Of a DNA stretch of 64,000 bases, positions 57,437 through 64,000 are shown piece after piece. How positions within the stretch are numbered: the stretch's first letter is position 1; the number at the start of each line of letters is the position of its first letter. This DNA comes from Acidimicrobiia bacterium (GTDB taxonomy: Bacteria > Actinomycetota > Acidimicrobiia > Spongiisociales > Spongiisociaceae): NCBI GenBank assembly GCA_041576165.1, contig JBFGLM010000021.1, positions 1 through 64,000 on the forward strand, in the 5' to 3' direction. A program made the position numbers and the translations under genes. The notes beneath the pieces are model-generated. The model saw nothing but the letters and a program-made list of their open reading frames with translations, was not told the DNA's origin and ran no database searches.

Positions 57437-58417
57437 ATGAAAGTCTTCGTCAGCTACTCCCGCGCAGACGAGAAACTGGCCGCCGAGGTTTGCAGCCGTC
57501 TCGAACTCGATGGCCACGAGCTGTGGAGAGACGTCAGCTCGATTCCGGGCGGCGCCGACTGGTCTGCTGCCATCGAGCAGGGTATCCGGGCCGCAGACAC
57601 CTTCCTGATTCTCATGTCGCCGAATGTCGTGCGCAGTCCTAACTACGCACGGGATGAGCTCGGGTTTGCTCGCAAACACGACAAGACGATCCTTCCCGTG
57701 TACCTGAAGCCGGTCAAGAAGTTGCCAGATGGATTCGAGCTGACGCTCAGCGGCATCGAACACATCGAGCTGTTCCCCTCGTTCGAGGCAGGCATGGACG
57801 AGCTGGCAGAAGTCCTCGGATCGGCTGCGGTGAGCGCCACTGAAGATGATGTGCCCGGCCTGCGGGTGTGGGCGAGAGACCGCTACGGCAAGCTGCGGAC
57901 GGGCGCTCGCAAGCTCCGGGTAGAGGCGCGGCAGCGAGAGCTCGGCAAAAAGGCACTTCAGGTGGGCGGCGCACTCGCCGCGGCCGCCGGCGCGGCAGCG
58001 GTGGCAGCCGCCAAGACGAAAGCGGAGGCGGAAGCTGCCGCAGCTGAGCGAGAGCACGCCGCCGCGGCGTCGGCAATGGAGCTCTACCGGTCGAAGCTCA
58101 CCGAGCACATAATCGACTTCGTCAACTACTACAGCGATGCCGGTGACGTAACCGCCGCCGCGTACGCAGACGAGCTCAGGCCCCGACTGTGGCATCTGCT
58201 CGGCCAGGTGAAAGCCACGCCTCCACCGCCGCAGCTCGCGCAGCAGCACAATGATTTCTCCCAGAAGCTCAACGATTCGTTGAGCAATTTGGACGACGCG
58301 TACCGGGGCATCTCGGAGGGCGAGCTAGAACGGGCCAATCGAGCGGCTCGCCGCTCGATCGAAAACCTGATCAAGTCCATGAACTCCTATGTCGCGCTGC
58401 TGGACGGCAGCTCGTGA
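57437..58417 (+). CDS. TIR-domain (TIR_2) protein with helical C-terminus
   Basis: VFVSYSRAD, W.D...I.GG.DW...I..GI, LMSP....S..ARDEL (catalytic Glu position), ILPV. Confidence 0.9.
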   Translation: MKVFVSYSRADEKLAAEVCSRLELDGHELWRDVSSIPGGADWSAAIEQGIRAADTFLILMSPNVVRSPNYARDELGFARKHDKTILPVYLKPVKKLPDGFELTLSGIEHIELFPSFEAGMDELAEVLGSAAVSATEDDVPGLRVWARDRYGKLRTGARKLRVEARQRELGKKALQVGGALAAAAGAAAVAAAKTKAEAEAAAAEREHAAAASAMELYRSKLTEHIIDFVNYYSDAGDVTAAAYADELRPRLWHLLGQVKATPPPPQLAQQHNDFSQKLNDSLSNLDDAYRGISEGELERANRAARRSIENLIKSMNSYVALLDGSS

Positions 58418-59876
58418 TGTTCAGGCTGGCCGATTCAGCCGTCCCGTGAACTCCGCCGGAAGGCATGGGGTCGACGGCCGGGAGCCGCAACATCTGGGCC
58501 TGACCATCGACATATCTGGCGCGGTCGGTCTCCGCAGCGGCATCGACGGGGGCGTCGGTGCGCTCGCCGCCATCCTCGGCACTGAAGCGATTGCCCTGAT
58601 CGTGGCATTGATCGAGGCCGCACCGGAGCCCGCGTCTTCTCGCCTACGCACTGCTGGGGGCGTCCTCCCTGGCGGTGCAAGTCCGACTCCTCCGTACCGG
58701 CGTCCTGGGGTTTTGTTCTCGGAGGCGCCTCGGGCAGGTTGCCGGGTTGATCCTGCTGTTCGGGGTCGTGGCTGCCCTCGCAATCGGGGAGTGGTTGGTG
58801 TTGGGCAGCGTGCTCTTGATGGCCGTCCTCACCTCTCGTCAGCTGGGGCAGGCAGTCCGATCTATCCGCGTCATCTGCAGCAGGCGTGCCCGCCTGGCCG
58901 ATCCCACCACATTCGATGAGCTCGTGTGGGCCGGCCGGGTTGTGCGGGGCGGCGGGTGGGACGGCCACCGCCCCCTCCGCCAGGCGTCACGAGAAATCAC
59001 ACTGGGTGTCGCAGTCGTCGTGCTCCTGATCGGTCTGGTGGCAGCCGAGGTCATCCCAATCGACAATGCCGGCCGGCTCTGGATCGTCCTCCTACCCGCG
59101 ATGTATTTCGTCATGCGTGTCCGCCGCCGCCTGCAGTTGAGCGCGGCAGAACGCCGCTTGCACGATCAGCGGGAGCCACGCTCATCCTGCGCTCTTTCAA
59201 GGACGACCTGTTGCGCGTGCGCGGGCGAGCCTTCAGTATTCCCAGGCTGTCGCAGTTTCGGTTACGGGCGTGCACGCTGGAGGAGGTCCTGGCGCACGGG
59301 GCGACCTCCATAGGACCTGCGCTGATCATCGGAGAACCCGGTGAACGGCTCCCTCGACTCGGAGGGTCTAGAGAGTACGTCCCCGACAACGAATGGCAGA
59401 CCGCAGTCACCCGGCTGATGGCACACTCGAGCCGAATGTTCTTCGTGGCGGGCGACACCCCCAATCTTGGTTGGGAGTTGCGGACCGCGGTGGCGCAATT
59501 CGGCCTGAATCGGGTCGTGCTGGTGCTACCACCCCTGCGGGATCGTCAGATCGAGGCGCGCTGGCACCGGTTCACCAATGAGCCGGGACTGCCATCTCTG
59601 CCGGAAGATTCGTCTGGTCTCGTTCTGGTGACGTTCGTCGACGGTGCGCCGGTCCTGTTCAAGACCGACCAGCGGCGATTGTGGAGTTATCTGGTGGCTC
59701 TGTGGTTGCTGGAGATACTCCATCACCAGGTGGGTATCCGGACCGTCGCGGAGATGACAGCATTCCTGGGTTCGACATTGCCCATCCTCGAACTCTCGGA
59801 TAGACGGAATGATGTCTACCGAACAGGGGTATCAGAGCAGCCGGGAGAGTCTCGGCGGCCGACCCGGGGGCGGTAG
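58417..59876 (+). pseudogene. frameshifted multi-TM protein with C-terminal 'LRSF..DD / GP...GEPGE.LP.LG..R.Y / WQ..V / WEL' domain
   Basis: Coding sense moves between frames at about 58610-58632 and at 59176-59178 (HDQREP | TLILRSFKDD). The 5' end is uncertain; ATG 58417 overlaps the TIR stop. Confidence 0.65.
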
Positions 59877-59891
59877 GCTGGCTGCCGGCCC

Positions 59892-61070
59892 ATGACAGTT
59901 CCCGTCCTGACGACGCCGCCGGTCGACCTCGACGCCGTCCGCGCCCACCGGCTGGGTCGGATCCGGCGCCAGATGGAACAGGCCGACATGGCCCTGTTGA
60001 TACTCACCAACCCGGTGAGCCTGCGGTATGCGGTCGATTGGCGCGAATACGCCTTGTTCCAGTCTCGGATCCCCACCTACTACCTCTTCGTCCAGGTCGG
60101 TGGTCCGCTGGTGCTGCATGGTGCGTACGCCACGGCGCATCCCACCATCGACGAGTTCCGACCGGCCCACTACCTCAACTGTTTCGACGCCGGGCTCGAT
60201 CCAGGTCCCAACGCCGGCAGTTTCGCAGCGGACGTGGCGTCAATGGTCGGCCCGGAGGCCAGGGTGGGGGTCGAGCGAGCCAACCCGAGCGCCATCCAGG
60301 CCTTGAAGAGCCGCGGCATCGCGGTGGTCGACGCGGAGCCGTTGATGGAACGCGCCCGGTCCATCAAGTCGGGGGAAGAACTCGTGTGCATGCGCCACTC
60401 GATCGCGGTCGCTGAGGCCGCGATGGGCGCTATGCGAGCAGCACTGCGTCCCGGGATCACCGAGAACCGCCTGTGGTCGATTCTGCATCAGACCAACGTC
60501 GCCAACGACGGAGATTGGATCGACGGCCGCATGCTGAGCAGCGGGCCCCGCACCAATCCGTGGTACCAGCCGGCGTCGAGCCGCCCCATCCAGTCAGGTG
60601 AGCTGGTCGCCTTCGACACCGACATGATCGGACCGTTCGGATACTGCGCGGATATTTCCCGTACCTGGCTGGCCGGAGACGGCACACCCAGCCGCGTTCA
60701 GCGTGACCGATACCAGCGGGCCTACGCCGAGATCGAGCACAATGCCGGCCTGCTCCAGCCAGGCCGAACCTTCCGCGAGCTCTCCGACAAGGCGTACCGA
60801 CAGGATGACGAGTTCGTCGCTCACCGCTACGCCTGCCTGGCCCATGGCGTCGGCATGACCGACGAATACCCCAAGATCTACTATCGCCAGGACTGGGACC
60901 GCCATGGCTACGACGGTGTCATCGAGGCGGACATGGTCATCTCGGTCGAGAGCTTCGTCGGTTCAGATCAGGGGGGCCCGGGGGTCAAGCTGGAGCAGAT
61001 GTACCTAGTCGCGGACAAGGAGACGGTCCCGCTGTCCACCTACCCTTTCGAGCGGATTCTGCTCGACTGA
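59892..61070 (+). CDS. M24B family protein, DddP (DMSP lyase)-like
   Basis: R..RL.R, SGPRTNPWYQ, FDTDMIG.FGYCADISRTW, RY...HGVGMTDEYP, VESFVG, GVKLE. Confidence 0.8.
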   Translation: MTVPVLTTPPVDLDAVRAHRLGRIRRQMEQADMALLILTNPVSLRYAVDWREYALFQSRIPTYYLFVQVGGPLVLHGAYATAHPTIDEFRPAHYLNCFDAGLDPGPNAGSFAADVASMVGPEARVGVERANPSAIQALKSRGIAVVDAEPLMERARSIKSGEELVCMRHSIAVAEAAMGAMRAALRPGITENRLWSILHQTNVANDGDWIDGRMLSSGPRTNPWYQPASSRPIQSGELVAFDTDMIGPFGYCADISRTWLAGDGTPSRVQRDRYQRAYAEIEHNAGLLQPGRTFRELSDKAYRQDDEFVAHRYACLAHGVGMTDEYPKIYYRQDWDRHGYDGVIEADMVISVESFVGSDQGGPGVKLEQMYLVADKETVPLSTYPFERILLD

Positions 61071-61165
61071 GGGGCCCCAACGCGTTCGGCCATCTCGACC
61101 CGGGCCGGGTTACGCGGCGGCGGGGCGGGGCGTTCAGCGCACCGGGGGCTCCTAGACTCGCCGCC

Positions 61166-62500
61166 ATGTCTGCACCCCAGGTGTGGTTGACCACCCTCGG
61201 CTGTTCCAAGAACCAGGTTGACTCCGAGAAGGTCAGCGCCATGCTGGCCGAGTCGGGGTACGCCGCCGCCCCCTCGCCCGAGCAGGCCGATGTCGTGATG
61301 GTCAATACGTGCGCGTTCATCGAGGATGCCCGGCGCGAATCGGTCGAGACGATCCTCGAGTTGGAAGCGGCCAAGTCCGATCACGCCAAGCTGGTGGTCA
61401 TCGGCTGTATGGCCCAGCGGTTCGGGACCGACGTGGCCGAAGCCCTGCCCGAGGCCGACGACATCATCGGCCTCGACCGGTACGGCGAGCTGGTGGGCCG
61501 GCTTGATGCGTTGACGGGGTGGCATCCCGTTGAACTGCAGGATGCCACGCCGCGACGGTCCAGGCTCGACATTCTGAACGTCACGGCGCGACCCACCCCC
61601 ATCGCTCCTTACGCATACGTGAAGATCGCCGAGGGGTGCGACAAGACGTGCTCCTTCTGCGCGATCCCGCTCATCCGCGGGAAGCAACGTTCCCGGAGAC
61701 CCACCGACATTCGGGACGAGATTCTCGGGCTGGTCCACCACGGCGTCGCCGAGATCGTGTTGGTCGCTCAGGACCTGGCCGCCTACGGCAGGGACATCAA
61801 CGCGCCCGCCTCGGACCGGCCCGGCATCGTTGATCTCTTGCGGTTTGTCACCGACGTGGAGGGCTTGCGGCGGGTCAGGCTGCTGTACCTGTACCCCAAG
61901 GAGATCCGTCCGGCCCTGATCGAGGAGATGGCTACCAACCCGCTGATCGTGCCTTACTTCGACCTGTCCCTCCAGCATGCGGCGGGCGGCCTGTTGCGGT
62001 CCATGCGGCGGCCCGGTGACGGCGTCCGCTACCTGGAACTGATCCGCACCATTCGCGCAGCCTGTCCGGAAGCGGCTTTGCGGTCCAGTTTCATCGTGGG
62101 ATTCCCCGGCGAGAAGGACGAGGACGTCGACGAGCTGGCTCTGTTCCTCACCGACGCCCAGCTCGACTGGGCCGGGTTCTTTCCCTACTCGCCCGAGCCG
62201 GGGACGAGCGCCATCGACCTGGCCGGTCGGGTCGACGAAGCCGAGATCGGTCGGCGGCTGCGAGAGCTGTCGTCGATCCAGGACGACATCACGGCGGCCC
62301 ACAACGCGGCCCAGGTCGGCACGAGCCACGAGATCCTCGTCGACATGGTGGAGGACGGGGTGCCGGTGGGACGCTCCTTCCGGGAAGCCCCCGAGATCGA
62401 CGGCATGATCTCCCTCGACCGCGGAATCCCGGGCAAGTGCCTCCGAGCCGAGATCGTCGCCAGCTACGGCACCGACCTCGAGGCGGTGGTGACTCGATGA
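61166..62500 (+). CDS. rimO: ribosomal protein S12 methylthiotransferase
   Basis: LGCSKNQVDSE, NTCAFI, GCMAQR, CDKTCSFC, C-terminal APEIDG. Confidence 0.96.
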   Translation: MSAPQVWLTTLGCSKNQVDSEKVSAMLAESGYAAAPSPEQADVVMVNTCAFIEDARRESVETILELEAAKSDHAKLVVIGCMAQRFGTDVAEALPEADDIIGLDRYGELVGRLDALTGWHPVELQDATPRRSRLDILNVTARPTPIAPYAYVKIAEGCDKTCSFCAIPLIRGKQRSRRPTDIRDEILGLVHHGVAEIVLVAQDLAAYGRDINAPASDRPGIVDLLRFVTDVEGLRRVRLLYLYPKEIRPALIEEMATNPLIVPYFDLSLQHAAGGLLRSMRRPGDGVRYLELIRTIRAACPEAALRSSFIVGFPGEKDEDVDELALFLTDAQLDWAGFFPYSPEPGTSAIDLAGRVDEAEIGRRLRELSSIQDDITAAHNAAQVGTSHEILVDMVEDGVPVGRSFREAPEIDGMISLDRGIPGKCLRAEIVASYGTDLEAVVTR

Positions 62501-62549
62501 TGGCTGCACCCGCCGGCCGAGCCGGACTGAAGCACAGTCCCGGAGCGGC

Positions 62550-63797
62550 ATGATCGTCGAGGTGATCGCGGTTGGGACCGAGCTGCTGCTCGGCCAAATC
62601 ATCAACACCAACGGAGCGTGGATCGGAGCGCGCCTCGCCGAGCATGGGTTCGATTCGCACTTCCAGGTGGTCGTCGGCGACAACCTCGAGCGCCTGGCCG
62701 GCACCGTCCAGACGGCAATCGGCCGATCAGACGCCGTGATAATCAGCGGCGGGATCGGACCGACGCCGGACGACCTCACCCGCGAGGCGATCAGCGCCGC
62801 CACCGACCGGCAGCTGGTGATGAACGAAGAGTACGGCGAGAGCCTCCGGCAGCGCTGGGCGGCGATGGGACGCGAGTTCCCGGAGAACAACCTGCGCCAG
62901 GCCGAATACCCGCGGGGAGGCGAGCAGCTCCCCAATCCGAAGGGCACCGCCCCCGGGATTGTCCTCGACCACGATGGCACCTTGATCTTTGCGGTACCGG
63001 GCGTGCCTCCGGAGATGCAGCTAATGATGGTTGACCAGGTGCTGCCGCGGCTGCGGGCGGCCGGCGGCGACCAATCGGTGCTGGTCAGCCGGCTGATCCG
63101 CACGTGGGGAAAGGGGGAGTCGGCGGTGGCGGAGATGCTCGACGACCTGTACACGGCGACCACCAATCCCTCCCTGGCGTACCTGGCGTCGGCTGGTGAA
63201 ATCAAGGTCAGGATCTCGGCCAAAGCAGCCAGTGTCGAGGCCACCGAGGCGCTGATTGCTCCCGTTGAACAGGAGGTCCGGTCTCGTCTGGGCCCAATGG
63301 TGTTCGGGTCGGACGACGACACCATCGAAGAGGTCGTCTTCCGTGCGCTACGGGAACGCAACTGGACGGTCGGCACCGCCGAATCGATGACGGCCGGGAT
63401 CGTCGCGGCCCGGCTCACGGGCCGGCCCGGATCGAGCGAAGTGTTCCGTGGGGGAGTCGTGGCATACGCCGGCGACCTGAAGCGGTCCACCCTGGCAGTA
63501 CCCGAGGCGACGCTGACCGATCACGGTGCCGTCAGCCCGGAGACAGCGCTGGCGATGGCCGCTGGGGCCAGGCGGCTGCTGGCCGTGGACGTGGCGGTGG
63601 CGGTCACCGGATCAGCCGGTCCCGACCCGCAGGAGCACCCGCCCGGCACGGTAGTGATCGCGGTCGAGACGCCCGATGATGCCCGGGCCCGGGTGTTACG
63701 CCTCCCCGGCGACCGTGAGCGGGTGCGCGCCTATGCCGCGACCGCCGCCCTCCAGCTCACCCGAATGGCGCTGACCGGGACCTGGTGGGGAAAGTGA
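62550..63797 (+). CDS. cinA: competence/damage-inducible protein CinA (NMN deamidase domain)
   Basis: VGTELLLG, GG.GPT.DD.T, GTAPG, PGVP.EM, AES.TAG, GAVS. Confidence 0.95.
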   Translation: MIVEVIAVGTELLLGQIINTNGAWIGARLAEHGFDSHFQVVVGDNLERLAGTVQTAIGRSDAVIISGGIGPTPDDLTREAISAATDRQLVMNEEYGESLRQRWAAMGREFPENNLRQAEYPRGGEQLPNPKGTAPGIVLDHDGTLIFAVPGVPPEMQLMMVDQVLPRLRAAGGDQSVLVSRLIRTWGKGESAVAEMLDDLYTATTNPSLAYLASAGEIKVRISAKAASVEATEALIAPVEQEVRSRLGPMVFGSDDDTIEEVVFRALRERNWTVGTAESMTAGIVAARLTGRPGSSEVFRGGVVAYAGDLKRSTLAVPEATLTDHGAVSPETALAMAAGARRLLAVDVAVAVTGSAGPDPQEHPPGTVVIAVETPDDARARVLRLPGDRERVRAYAATAALQLTRMALTGTWWGK

Positions 63798-64000
63798 GGG
63801 TCTTTGTTGGCGTGCCGATCGACCTAGAGGCCACCGACCAGCTGGCGGCGTGGGCGGCCACGCTCGACCTGCCGGGGCGGCTCGTACCGCCCACAAGCTG
63901 GCACCTGACGCTGCGTTTTGTCGGTCAGGTGGACGAAGTGGGCGTGGACCGCCTGGCGGCTGCGCTCGATGAGCGGGACTTCGGGGAGTCGTTCCGGATC
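63794..64000 (+). CDS. thpR: RNA 2',3'-cyclic phosphodiesterase (2H family), truncated by the window end
   Basis: Hand translation from GTG 63794: MRVFVGVPID...WHLTLRFVG (HxT motif); follows cinA with a GTGA overlap. Confidence 0.88.
   Translation, partial: MRVFVGVPIDLEATDQLAAWAATLDLPGRLVPPTSWHLTLRFVGQVDEVGVDRLAAALDERDFGESFRI

Noticed and set aside
61040-63490. 816-aa minus-strand ORF, and similar long antisense ORFs at 15346-17220, 47601-49490 and 51943-53673
   Set aside because: They lie opposite well-supported genes, carry no motifs, and are expected shadows of high-GC codon usage.

Overview
High-GC, gene-dense chromosomal window with about 60 CDS. Gene content, Cys-containing SLH proteins and TANNNT-type leaderless starts suggest an Actinomycetota genome, probably Acidimicrobiia (inference). 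No rRNA, tRNA, CRISPR, integrase or transposase was seen. The backbone is the conserved M16 peptidase-dapB...dapA-rnj-ftsK...rimO-cinA-thpR block, with about 30 kb of accessory DNA between ftsK and rimO. That accessory DNA holds a 2-oxoacid dehydrogenase E1a/E1b/E2 cluster, a complete A/V-type ATP synthase operon in permuted order (D first), a membrane LuxR regulator with a three-site operator, RamB-isocitrate lyase followed by an archaeal-type (class II) GAPDH-like gene with no malate synthase in the window, a PL14 lyase, a TIR protein coupled to a frameshifted membrane 'LRSF' TIR-like gene, and a DddP-like enzyme. The left part carries lhr-nei with an upstream PD-(D/E)XK-like gene and a CobT-like VWA plus AAA+ pair whose Walker A Thr and Walker B Asp appear reciprocally swapped (GKD / NLSE). 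Best candidates for undescribed biology: the ICL/GAPDH-II-like module, the swapped-Walker AAA+/VWA pair and the TIR/LRSF pair. All calls come from motif reading; no database search was run.
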